This document shows, piece after piece, positions 25,039 to 37,428 of a DNA stretch of 64,000 nt. The position numbers and the translations under genes were made by a program. Below the pieces are notes generated by a model. It ran no database searches. It was given only the letters and a program-made list of their open reading frames with translations, and was not told where the DNA came from. Source of the DNA: Squalus acanthias (taxonomy: Eukaryota); assembly GCA_030390025.1 (NCBI GenBank), contig CM059438.1, positions 17,980,001 through 18,044,000 on the forward strand, written 5' to 3'. How positions within the stretch are numbered: position 1 is the stretch's first letter; each line of letters starts with the position of its first letter.

Positions 25039-25803
25039 GGCCTAGAAATTCGATTCGGAGGCTTGCCGCGGGGGTAAGGATCGCGCGCGATATCACCTAC
25101 CGCGCCTGCCGTTGTGTTTCGGGCCCACAGGAACTTCGGGTCCCGGGCCTCTCCCTAGTGCCGGCGCGCAGTGCTTGCGTGTTCCAGAGGCGCAGTTAGT
25201 GCGATGCGACCCCTGGGATCACGTGGGCCATGGAGAGCCAATGGCAGCAGACCATCTTTCATTCATAGATTTGACAGGAGACCTGTCAAATCTGTGAATT
25301 GAAATCGGCCCCAAAAGAACAGCTAAACCTCAAATAAATTTTTTTTAAAAACCATCGCATTAATAAAATAACTATAGTTAAATAAATTAACCACTTTAAA
25401 CAAAAATGTAAATTTTTGAAAAAATTAAAATACTTTTTAAAAGTTATAAAAATAAACTTACCTTTATTTCAAGTCTCTAAAAAAGATAAACCTGTTGAAA
25501 ATTTTTTTAAATTGTACTTAATTAACCACTTACCTTGTTCAAAAGGGGTCTTACGCCTCCTTTTTACTTGTGTAGAATCTTCCATACTTACCCTCGCGTT
25601 GAAACCTGAAAAAAAACCTAAGTGTGCTGCGTGCGTGCAGCCTCTAGTGCGCACGCGGTTCACCTAGGAACCGCCCCCTTCGCCATACCGGAAGTGCCGG
25701 CTTCCCGCGCATGCGCAGTGCATGCAGGAAACCGGCACTTCGGGAATGAATACGGGCGAGTACGGACTGAGTACTCACCCGAGAACGGCCGAATTTTGGG
25801 GCC
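25039..25803. mobile_element. Harbinger-like MITE, same family as 50246-51006
   Basis: TIR GGCCTAGAAATTC / GAATTTTGGGGCC flanked by ATT/ATT; GC-rich ends, AT-rich core; colinear with the 50246 copy. Confidence 0.75.
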
Positions 25804-26597
25804 ATTAAATGGTAGCATTTAGTACCTTGAACACACCCTATATTGATCCATAGCAGTGAAGTATGGACAATGCAAATAAGAATAATAGTCAGAATTCTAA
25901 AAGGTTCTTTCTGTTCTTTAAAAAAATGATGAGATTAACTATAATTTAAAAAAAAATCCTGTTCTGTATTGTTGTGATGTCCACAGTAGAGGTGAGGTTG
26001 AAGGGCTGATACTGTATTCCCATTGCTAGAATTATTTCAAGCAATGCATTATTACTGGTAGCTGCTGTTTGTCATTAACATGTAGTCTCTACCCCAAATG
26101 CAAAGAAAATCATATAAAACTTTGGCTTTTTATTATAATCCATCTAGACTTGTGAATTTAATTTAGACAAGCAAACTTTCCCTTTTCCACTCAGATATTC
26201 CTGAAGTTTCCATTATTTCTATGGGAATTTATAAAGATAATCCAGGTGGGAAATTGTTACTGAGATAGCATTGTTAACGAAGTCTTATTTTGACTGTCCC
26301 CTATATTATAAAGTGTAATCTAATGCGGTGAAATTCATTCTTCACCAAACTAAGGGGTATACAAGGGTTAATGCTCTTTGAATGAACCAACTCACAATCT
26401 GATGATGTGCCAAGTTCTAATGATTCACATATGGAACCTTAATTTTGACCAAATTATTTGTTTAAAACTCTTGGGAGTATGCCATCAGTGCAGTTTAGCA
26501 TTAGACAAATGCACAAGGATGTAACAGCCCTGTAATTGAAAACTGAAATACAGTAACTGTTTTCCAACACAGATTTCAGGCTGAGGGTGGGTCCCAC

Positions 26598-26944
26598 TAC
26601 CTCTCTCTCCCCGTGTGTCTCTCTCTTTGTCAGTGTTTGTCTGTGTATGTGTGTGTCTCCCTGTCTCACTTTCTCTCTCTGCCTCTCACTCTGACTCATA
26701 CACTCTCTATAGCTTTTGCTCTCTGCCTCTGGCTTTCATTTTCTGTTTCTGTCTCGGCCTGTGTATGTCTGTCTCTTTCTCTCCACCTCCCCACTCGTGT
26801 CTCTATCTCTCTTTGCCTCTGTCTTTCTCGCACACTATAATATTCTCTCTCACTTTTGCTCTGATCCTTTCTCGCTTTGTCTCTTTTTCCCAGTGTCTCA
26901 CGTATTAATCTGTGGCTCTTGTGCTTTCTCTGCATGTGGCTCAG

Positions 26945-26984
<40 letters not shown>

Positions 26985-27071
26985 TATCTATCTCTTTGCA
27001 TGTGTCTGTCTGACTGTGTCACTCCTCCTTTCCTCTCTCTCACATTTGCTCGCTCGTGCTCTCTGTCCCTG

Positions 27072-27102
<31 letters not shown>

Positions 27103-27510
27103 ATGTCCCTCTTTCTATCCATGTCTTTGTGTGTGTTCCTCTGTCTTTTCTATCTCTCTCTCTCTCCCTCTGCCCATACCCCCCTCTGAGTACATCGCTG
27201 TCTATCTCTCTCGCACTTGCTCACTCACACGTGCTCCCCTTCCCCCTCTCTGACCATCTCTGACTCTGTCTCCTTCTCTATCCATGTATCTCTGTTGTTG
27301 TTTCTCTCTCACTCTCATGCTTGTGCTCTCTCTCTCTCTCTCTCTTTCTCTGCCCATGTCTGTGCGTGTATGCGCCTCTCTATCTCTCCCCCCTTTCTCC
27401 CTCCCTCTATCTCTCCCCCCTTTCTCCCTCCCTCTCTCTCCCTTTCTCTCCCGTGTCTGTGTGTGTATGCGCCTCTCTATCTCTCCCTCCCTCTTTCTCT
27501 GCCCCTCTGC
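26598..27510. repeat. About 900-bp CT/GT-rich low-complexity tract with (TC)n runs
   Basis: Strong pyrimidine bias on + strand; small internal duplications at 27355-27490. Confidence 0.9.
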
Positions 27511-29096
27511 CCATGGCCTTGCTCCTTCTAGCTGAACGAACATTCACAGTGTTGAGGTAAAACATTATTCTGAAGTAAGTTTTAGAATTAGCCCCACTGA
27601 TTTTAAGATTAGTGAAAGGGTATTTTTGTGTGCGTGTGATTGCGTGTGTAACCCAGTGAATAATCATGTACGTCACCCAATCAACTAAGAAATTTGCTTG
27701 AGTTGGATTAAATTTATACACCATTCAATCAATTCCAAGAAGTTTATGAATATATTTGACTATTATTAAATGTGACAGAAAAGTCTTTGAGGAAGTGTGT
27801 GTTCGTGTGCGCTATTTGCATTTATTTATATATACTAGCAGATTATGCATGGGCTTCTGCTAATATCCTGTCTAATGTTAGGTCAGCTTGGATTCCTTTT
27901 GATGTAATTTGAAACCCACTGATGCATGGCCCAATCGCTGTCACATAATGTTAAAGATGATTCACCATATCATAGATTTCCAGACATGAAGTTGAATCAA
28001 TTTGGAACTATAAATGAAGAATTAAATACAAGTGTAGACTGCATTTCAGGGCTGTACTAGTGCTGAAATGTTGCTCTTAAAGTTATTGAAGTGATAAAAG
28101 GTGTGTGAAAGGCAAAGGGCATTGTTGCACATTTTGAGGTCACTTCTGTAACAGTTGTTTAACACTTAAATAATGACTCAAATTTTCTTGTTTTATTTCA
28201 GCCTTCAAAATATTTGTGAATGCTTCCACGGGTTTTTTTTTCTTATTGGCCAAATGTCATTAAGCAATAAGCCAATGTACTGTTACTTTCTGATGTCCTC
28301 CTCAAAAGCTATTGCTTTAGTCCATGTTCACTGCCGTATTACTGCTGGTCCAACTGCTCTGAAGCTCTCGTATTCAATTATTATTAGAACAATCAAGACA
28401 TGTCTTCTGATAAATGAAGTCTAGTATTCCACTGTAGCGCCATCCACATTTTAATGATTGTAAAGAACCGACTTGTCACCTATTTCCAGTTATGAAAAAT
28501 CACACCGACAGTGGAAACCCAGGCAGCAGCACGCTATGTAGGCATTTGAGCGCCATGCATGGAACCCTGCATCAATCTCTAACTTTGAGCAGACAGTGAA
28601 AATATCGATCAAACTTGCATTGTTGTAAAAATAGTCAACGCTGCTTCCTTCAGTGCAATAGAAATGTGACATTAATATATTCTCCTCTCGTCCTCCATTT
28701 TCTTTACCTCCCGTTCGCCGACCCCCCCCCCCCCCCCCCCCCCCCCCACTTTCTATATTTTCACTCCACCTAACCGCAGATAAGAGTGCTGCAATTGTGG
28801 TTTTCTTTTGCTTTCTTTCACTCCAGCAAAACCATTTGATCATCATCTCACATATGAAGCTACCACCAAGTGCGGAAACGGTGTAGCCTTGCAAATATAA
28901 TGCTAATGCAACCACTGAATGGAAACTACCATCCTTGCCCCCTTCCTCCTTCAGTTTGGGGACATGAATCACGGTATATATTATAGATTTGTCTTTCAAT
29001 TATAGTTTAGAAATCAGAGTACTTTTAAGAAGAGCTAATGTAAAAAGGTAATCTTGGAGGGGATTAATTGCTTCAGTGGTGATTCTTCATCCAAAG

Positions 29097-30102
29097 TCAA
29101 TCATCACAGCCCCACAACATCACTGCAGGAGTTCCTCAGGGCAGTGTCCTAGGCCCAACCATCTTCAGCTGTTTCATCAATGACCTTCCCTCCAACATAA
29201 GGTCAGAAATGGGGATGTTCCCTGATGACTGCACAGTGTTCAGTGCCATTCACAACTCCTCAGATAATGAAGCAGTCCATGCCCGCATACAACAAGACCT
29301 GGACGATGTTCAGGTTTGGGCTGATAAGTGGCAGGTAACATTCGCGCTACAGAAGTGCCAGGCAATGACTATCTCCAACAAGCGAGAGTCTAACCACCGC
29401 CCCTTGACATTCAATGGCATTACCATCGCCAAATCCACCACCATCAACATCCTGGGGGGTCACCATTGACCAGAAACTTAACTGGACCAGCCACATAAAT
29501 AGTGTGGCAACAAGAACAGGTCAGAGGTTAGGTATTCTGCGGCAAGTGTCTCACCTCCTGACTCCCCAAAGCCTTTCCACCATCTACAAGGCACAAGTCA
29601 GGAGTGTGATGGAATACTCTCCACTTGCCTGGATGAGTGCAGCTCCAACAAACTCAAGAAGCTCGACACCATCCAGGACAAAGCAGCCCGCTTGATTGGC
29701 ACCCCATCCACCATCTTATACATTCACTCCCTCCGGTGTACCGTGGCTGCAGTGTGTACCATCTACAAGATGCACTGCAGCAACTCGCCAAGGCTTCTTC
29801 GGCAGCACCTCCCAAACCCGCGACCTCTTCCACCTAGAAGGACAAGGGCAGCAGGCACATGGGAACACCATCACCTCAAGTTCCCCTCCAAGTCACACAC
29901 CATCCTGACTTAGAAGTATATTGCCGATCCTTCATCGTCGCTGGGTCAAAATCCTGGAACCTCCCTAACAGCACTGTGGGAGTGTCTTCACCACACGGAC
30001 TGCAGTGGTTCAAGAAGGCGGCTCACCACCACCTTCTCGAGGGCAATTAGGGGTGGGCAATAAATGCTGGCCTTACCAGTGACGCCCACATCCCATAAAT
30101 AA
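29097..30102 (+). mobile_element. 5'-truncated HER1-like (CR1 group) LINE
   Basis: GVPQGSVLGP and FPDD (FADD) RT motifs, frameshifted ORF2 end, HE1/HER1-type 3' tail. Confidence 0.85.
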
Positions 30103-30245
30103 TTTTTTTTTTAAAAAGTCAGTTCTCAGAATAGCCTATTTAGAAAACTCTTCTTCCATATGTGAAGACTGACAAGTTTGTGCAGTAACAGATACTAAAC
30201 CTGGTCCTTGGTGGCATTTTAATTGCATTTAAAAGCAAATATCCA

Positions 30246-30720
30246 AAAGATTTACAAGGATGATTCCAGAACTGAGAGGATATACTTATGAGGAAAGGCT
30301 GAACAGGCTGGGCCTCTTTTCTCTAGAAAAGAGAAGGCTGAGGGGTGACCCAATAGAGGTCTTGAAAATTATGATGGGGTTTGATAGGGTAGCTGTAGAG
30401 AAGATGTTTCCACTTGCGGTGGAGACTAGACTAGGGGCCATAAATATAAGATAGTCACTAATAAATCCAATAGGGAATTCAGGAGAAACTCCTTTACCCA
30501 AAGAGTGGTGAGAATGTGTAACTCTCTACCACAAGGAGTAGTTGAGGCGAATAGCATGGATGCATTTAAGGGAAAGCTAGATAAGTGCATGAGGGAGAAT
30601 GAATAGAAGGATATGTTGATAGGGTGAGATGAAGAGGGGTGGGAGGAGGCTCGTGTGGAACATATACGCCGATATAGACCAGTTGGGCCTAATGGCCTGT
30701 TTCTGCTGTAAATTCTGTGT
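30246..30720 (+). mobile_element. CR1 LINE 3' fragment
   Basis: Translation YEERLNRLGLFSLEKRRLRGD. Confidence 0.85.
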
Positions 30721-33428
30721 AAAACTAATTAACAATCCGTGCTACGATGCCATTGAGCCCTTTTCTGCTGGAATGTAAGGTATGTGTTTTGAAAAATACT
30801 TCACCTTGACACCACCAGCCCTTTCAAATTGATGCATTATTTTCCAAGATGAAATATGCATAAACTAATGGAATGCAGCTACTAAAATTATATAATCAGG
30901 ATTCAATCACAAATAATGCTAGAAAGTTTTTTATCATCTTTGCAAATTCCTATTCAAAGCTTGCAAGTGGGTTTTTTTGTGCTCTACTTTTTTAACTGCA
31001 TTTTTTTGCATTTATAAACTAATTCATGTTGATCTGTTTAGCAAAAAAAAAAATGTTTGTACTTAAAGGTCAATCTCTCTCTCTCTCTCTCTCTCGAGCA
31101 CACATTTCCTGTTGCATAATGAATAGAAGTACGTTTGCTGGAGACTTGTGTTTAGTATGTTTACTTGTTTCTCTGGGTCCCAGAGCTCCCATTTGTTGCT
31201 GAAGTAAAACTAAATGAAGCCCACTAAAATGGAAGTTTATACGTAGATAAAGAAATGTCACTTGGAAAATAATGTCTATACTTGTATTGTTCATCTTATA
31301 GAAAACCAGAAAACTAGTTATAAGTAAACCTGAAATGCATATTCCCATTTTGTAATCTTATGCTAACTGCTTGAGGCTATTTCCATGACAGTGTGATACA
31401 GCAACGCGTCTGACTTTGAGTATATCATGCCACTGATACAGATCAACCATGATATAATTGAATGGCGGAATAGGCTGGAGGGGCTCAATGGCCTACTCCT
31501 GTTCCTATGTTCCACTGTTATCTCATGATGTGCTCGGGGTAAGTATTGGAAAATGAAGGTAACAAAAAAGTCTAAGAAATCGCTCTCTTGAAAGGTTAAG
31601 GGTGCTATTGCAGACCAAGTCATGAAGCAGTAAAGGGACATTGCTTAACCTGGAATTGCGGGACTTTGAAAAATGAATAAGGAGAGAACTGAAATGGAGT
31701 TTGAAAAGGAGAATGCATGAGACTGATGTCCAATCAACACTTTTTTGTATGCTGTTGAGAACTGAACCCAGGTGAAGGTACATAAGTATATGTTAAGTGC
31801 TTTTGCAATGTTGTAATCACATAGAATGTTGGGCATTAGTCTGGAAGCCAGAGTGACCTTGTGTGCAGGAAAAAGAAAAAGAAAGATTTGCATTTATATA
31901 GCTCCTTATTACATCTCCCAGAAACATCTCAAAGCACAATATTCACAATGAATGACTAAACTGTTATGCAGAGAAATGCTCTTCAAATAATGGCAGCATG
32001 TAATGGTGAGAAAAGTGTGTTTGGACATGTCGATGTAGACTGGTACCCCTGAAAGGTTATGGAATAGTTTCCAACTATGAAAAGACCACATGGAAGGTCA
32101 AAGGTGATGGGACTATATACATGAAAAACAGAAAGGAAAAGTCACAGCAGGAAGATAGTGGTAGAGCTCACAGAAGGAATAGTGTAATGGTGAGTTACTG
32201 CAGCATCTCCAGCTAATCCAGTAATGGTGGCTCACTGATTACCTGCAGATCATATTGTGAGTCACTGAGTATTCACTCCAGAGTATTTGACCATGGGTTA
32301 CCTCCTTATTCCTTAAGTGAAACTGGTGTTTCAACTTTAGTTAGTCATGGATATTATCAGTTCAAAATCTCCTATCATATGGAGTTAATAACTGAAGGAT
32401 CCTGATAAATGAATGCCTTCTCTTTCATAGTAGTGTTATCTCACTAAATGCTGTACATCCCAAGGACACTGGTGCAAACTTCCTAGTCTTTGCTTTCCTG
32501 CTAATCTTGTCCCCATCTTGTCAATGCCATTAACTTTACAGAAATAACTTTTGAGAAATTGTTTTACAGATTAGAAATGTTTGCAACCACAAAAATAAAC
32601 TTTTAATGTGTGATAAAGTTTTCCTTTTTTTCCAGCTGCTCTATCAGCAGGATCTTTGTTGTCTTTTCATACCTAGTAATTTTCACAGTGTGTCTGGTAA
32701 CTATTTCCTCATTAAAGATGAGTACTGCAACAGTTGTCTCATAAAAATCCTTCTGTGAGATGGCGAGTCAGTAATTTGAAATTTAAGCATCTGAACATGA
32801 TGGCAATATGGATGGGGAACCAGTAGCAATCCTCTTTATCATGTGATCTCCAGCTTCATTGGCTGTAACAAAGCTGGGAACAATCAGTCTGTGTCTTAGG
32901 AAATGTTTTTCAAGCTCTGGACTCTGCGTTATTTTCTCCTTTTTGGATTGATTGGCCCTGCAGGCTGTCTGAAACTTTAATAGGCAAATAAGCAGTTTCT
33001 CTTTACTGCTATTAATGGGGCAAATCAAGAAGTCGTCCACATTTCAGAAATTAACCTGTTGGGCAAGTTTTAGGTGAATGTGAAAGTATCGGGTTCAGCA
33101 AGTTTAAGCCAAATAAATGTTCAGTTCATCCATCATATGCATCTATTTTTTTTTTTACATAATCATTTAGTGCCTAGTCTTGCATCAGAACAGGCCTGTG
33201 ACTTTTTTAGCATGCCTCAGACAAGGTGTGGTGACTGCCCTGCCATCCTTTACAGTCCGCATCACTTTAAACACAGCAGAGCTCAAAATGGTACTTAAAG
33301 TAAGTCTAGTTTTAAACTCCAGGTGCAAATGGAAATACAGGGTGAAACTTTCGGTGGGGTCGGCCACCCTATATACACACAGTCTGATTTTCCTTTCCAT
33401 TATCCCCCCCCCCCCCCAGCTGAAATTG

Positions 33429-33564
33429 GGGGGTAAATTTTAACTTGGCAGGGGCCTTTAAAGTGGCAGAAGTGGGTCAGTTGCCCATTACACACCCATG
33501 CCAATTGGGTGGCCGAGCCGATAACCTCCAGTTATTGGCTCCCGTCAAAGTTAAAAGTTACCCC
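33429..33564. mobile_element. Short palindromic MITE
   Basis: GGGGTAAATTTTAACTT / AAGTTAAAAGTTACCCC inverted ends. Confidence 0.5.
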
Positions 33565-33663
33565 ATAGTAGGAAAATTGAGTTAGACAATTGGTAGAATT
33601 CCTGAGTCCTACATGGAACAAATTATAACTCTTCATGCACAGGAATTTCTTCACTAAATATAG

Positions 33664-33793
33664 AGGGGTGAAATTAAACTTCCACACAGGTGGAAAATGG
33701 ACAGTAGTCCAATGGAAGTCAGTGGAAAGGAATATCGGGCAGGCTGATCTACTATCACCCATTGTACACCTGCTGAAGTTGAACTTTACCTCT
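33664..33793. mobile_element. Short palindromic MITE
   Basis: AGGGGTGAAATTAAACTTC / GAAGTTGAACTTTACCTCT inverted ends plus inner CAGGTG/CACCTG. Confidence 0.5.
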
Positions 33794-34837
33794 ATATAAA
33801 ACGTTCCAAATTTGTGTAAGACATCCTTAATTTGTACACTTGTGTAGGGAGTTATCTGCAAGGTCACGGTAAATTTCCAATGGAATAACACACACATTTG
33901 AATAAGGACTGTAATGGTAATTCCTGAAAATAAACAGCACATCCGGAGAGATTAATACTTTTTTGGCAACATTATGTTTGACACAATATAATGGATATGG
34001 CATGTGCTGTCAATTGTCTCTTGTAATAACCAGATTTTATGAAAAGTTTGTTCATGCTTTAGGCCAGATGTATAAACATTTTAGGCTGCATGGGCAGATT
34101 GCTGTAGAATGGATTCCACAACATCATGATGGATGTCATATGCATTATCTGTGCTGTCACTTGGATATCAGCAGAGTGTATGGGTGGATGCATGAAGTTT
34201 TCATAAAGTGTCTACTCGAACTGTGGAAATACACCCACCACTATACTCAAAACTGGTCGTGTCTGGAGATAGCATTTAGAGCTAATAACAGGGTGAAGTA
34301 TAGGTAGTAACAGAACTGTCACTGAATTTTGTGATTTTTTTTTTTCTCCTGATAACATATTCATACCCAATCATGCTTTTTTTTAGTTCTGTGCTCATGG
34401 CTGAGTTAAATTATCTGCTGTATGATCCAATGTTTACACATTAATAAATTGGATCATGTCTCCTTTTCGTCTTTCTCTCCAATAAACAGAAGTTCAGTTG
34501 TGTGACCCTCTCTCATAACGAAGAGCCAAAGTCCTGGAATCATCCGTAATGCTCTTCTGAACAGAGCAAATGAACTCTAATCGTGTTGCTTCATGCTCTG
34601 TCTGGAATTGCATCTCAGTTATGAAGATTGCTATAATTTCTGTGCCAAATGAAATTTTAACATGTATGTAAAAGTGCTTTAGAAATGCTGCAGAAATGAA
34701 GGCCTTGAGAATAATCAATGGTCCACAGTTGAAAATTTACTCTTGGTAATGGGACCTATTGTGCTCATTTCTGAATTGTTGACTTTCTGTCCACAATATC
34801 TTTCCATGATTTACCGTCTCTTATTATTTGTTCCCAG

Positions 34838-34915
34838 ACAGAGTATGAAGTTATGCCAGATGAAAAACGTGAAGACAAAGGACAAGAAATGATCAGTAAA
34901 TACCTCACCCTAGAG
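34838..34915 (+). CDS. GRK5: GRK5-like internal exon (RH domain; equivalent to exon 4)
   Basis: 78-bp exon between TTCCCAG and GTAAGG; encodes TEYEVMPDEKREDKGQEMISKYLTLE, in phase with the 16943-17055 exon. Confidence 0.88.
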
Positions 34916-35734
34916 GTAAGGACTCAGCATTAAGATTAACAGCTGCTCGTTGCTAGTTCTGTGGTGAGAAAATAAAGTTTAAAAAGTCTGGCAAATGAGG
35001 CAGAGCTAAGCTGTTAGTTAGAAGGTGGTGAGACCAAGTCCTAGCCCCTGCTGCATATACCACAATTCTGAGGCTAGGGTGAGTAATTCTCTCATCCTGT
35101 CAACTTGCCGCAGCAACACTTGAACAGAAATCTAATATTTTAAATATACTTTGGTTGGATCTACATGATGTGGGTGTGTGTTAAAGCAGCCTGAAGGCGC
35201 AAAAACCTATCCATAGACTTTTCCGGCACTATGGGAAAGCCTTTAACATTGTGACTGCCAGTGATCTTCAAAACACCTTAAATATCAGTAGCCAGAGAAT
35301 CTGGAACAAACTGCATATATTCTCAACAAAAGCTCTTTCATATTACAGGAGAAAAAAGTAAGCAATCCAAAAAATCAACTTTTGAAGTACAGTATGTCTA
35401 GAAAATAATCTTTGATTTATGTGTAGTGTAAATCAAGAGTGCTGCATATTTATTTTAAGAAACCAGCGAGAGATGTATAATATGAAAGAACTAAACACTT
35501 CTGAAGCCATGACTGTATAAAATCAAAACAGTATCTGATTCATGTTAATTGGAAGAATATATGACTATTATAAATATTTACTTAAAATGTACTGCATATT
35601 TTAATTGAGATGAATTTTGCAACAAATTAGACAATACCATTAGATTTCAGTGCAAGTCTTCTCTTTGTGCATTTGGTCCACCACTCAACCCTTTCCGTTT
35701 CTCCCTCCTACTTCTTGTCAATATAAAACACTAT

Positions 35735-36163
35735 GGGCTGGATTTTCAATGACCCGTGGAGTCGGGTTTGGAGGCGTGTGGGGGGTTAAAGTTGCAGATT
35801 CGGGGGTCCATTCCGCCTCCACGCAATTTTAACAAAATCAGTCGCGGGGTTCCTGACTCCGTCCCGCCTCCAAGAGGCGGGCGAGGCCATTAAAGCCCTT
35901 AACAAGCCCTAAATTGGCTCTGTAATGCCATTTTGAAACGTTTTAGCTAGTTTAACCCTTTTCCGACGTGAAGTACACCTGATGTGAAACACGCCAGTGA
36001 AACCTGGCGGGAGCACAAGTGGATAGCTGACTATCAGCTGCAGGTCGACTATTACAACGGAGATGTGATGAAGGTAGTAGTAGTATTAGGTCTGAAAGTC
36101 GCCTCTGATGCTGCTGCATTGAATGTCTTCAGAGACTGCCTGGGAGGACTTGGTTGCAAAAAA

Positions 36164-36211
<48 letters not shown>

Positions 36212-36480
36212 GTCTCAGATGCTGCTCATTTTGCATCCAGGTCCTCTCACAGCAAAGGTCAGGCAATCTCTGAGACCAGGCAGTCTCTGCAATGATGACA
36301 TCATCAGAGGCGACTTTCAGACTGAAACCACTAATTGGTTCATGGGTTCCCACATGCTGGAACTCAATTGCCCAATTAAGTGAAAATTGCATCATTCATC
36401 CACATTCATCTGGAGTTGGGGGGGCAACACGAAATGCGGGTAACACGACCCCAACCCGACCCCAAGACAAAATCCAGCCC
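35735..36480. mobile_element. Harbinger-like MITE with internal (TC)n
   Basis: 12-bp perfect TIR GGGCTGGATTTT / AAAATCCAGCCC; TSD TAT/TAT; left end matches the reverse complement of the right end of 55053-55865. Confidence 0.8.
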
Positions 36481-36914
36481 TATGCGACATCTTCCAATAT
36501 ATGGGGAGGTTTTTTTTTACAGTTCAGGCTTTCTCCCAATACTATCCTGTGTTCACAGTGAAAAGCGGGTTTCCATAAGTACTCAGTGTCTCTTATGATC
36601 AGAAACCTGCACCCTATGTTGTGCATGTGTGTGTATCTTTTCCTTTTCTTCTTTTCTCTCTCCTCTCTCTCTCCCCTTCCCCACACACCTCTATCTTCTT
36701 CCCCCTTTCTCTAGCTTCACCTTCCCACAACCCAGCTCCTCAGGATTGTTGCAGTGGCTCCCATCACTCAGTCTCTAACACATCTGATTTACGCAGAAGG
36801 ATCTGTCCAACAAATATTTGACCTTTTTGGGACCTTCACCCTTTTTGAATGAAATGTGTTTGCCATCTAGCTCTCTTCCCCTTAAGCAACTCTAGAGGTT
36901 AACTGAGGTTGCAA

Positions 36915-37052
36915 CTGTGGGAGTACCTTCACCACATGGACTGCAGCAGTCCAAGGAGGCGGCTCACCACCACCTTCTCGAGGGCAACTAGGGATGGGGA
37001 ATAAATGCCGGCCTTGCCAGTGACGCCCACATCCCGTGAATGAATAAATAAA
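36915..37052 (+). mobile_element. HER1-like LINE 3' tail
   Basis: Matches 29972-30100. Confidence 0.8.
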
Positions 37053-37331
37053 AACAAAACTGGTGTTGTACTGACCTACAGAACACATTCTGTTTTGGGG
37101 GGATAGATGGTTGCAAGAATGAATCATGCCAATCATCAGAATTCTCCTCAAGCCACGGAGTTTTATCAGTCAATTCCACTTCAAAGCCAATTAAATTTTC
37201 ATTGGGTGCCCCAGACTCTGCGACCACAGATTCAGAGTAGACACTGTCGTCCATTCAGATTCAGGTTCATTGGCTGAAGATTCCATTTCACCTAGATACA
37301 CGGCACTATCCCAGATTAGAAGGAAGAAATT

Positions 37332-37428
37332 AAAAACAGAAAATGCTGGACATACTCAGCAGGTCAGGCGGCACATGTGAAGAGAGAAACCGAGTTAACG
37401 TTTCAGGTCGATGGCCTTTCATCAGAAC
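37332..37428 (-). mobile_element. Penelope-like terminal repeat fragment, family B
   Basis: Similar to 2496-2573 and includes a complete hammerhead core. Confidence 0.7.
37394..37428 (-). ncRNA. Minimal type I hammerhead ribozyme motif, family B
   Basis: Minus strand GTT-CTGATGA-A-AGGCC(ATC)GACCT-GAAA-CG-TT-AAC; one mismatch in stem II; palindrome AACGTT. Confidence 0.7.

Noticed and set aside
26454-27724. Dense stack of ORFs rich in Ser/Leu or Arg/Glu
   Set aside because: Translation of the CT microsatellite, which lacks stop codons.
28490-28999. 169-aa ORF with poly-Gly
   Set aside because: Poly-Gly derives from a C homopolymer; no recognisable protein similarity.
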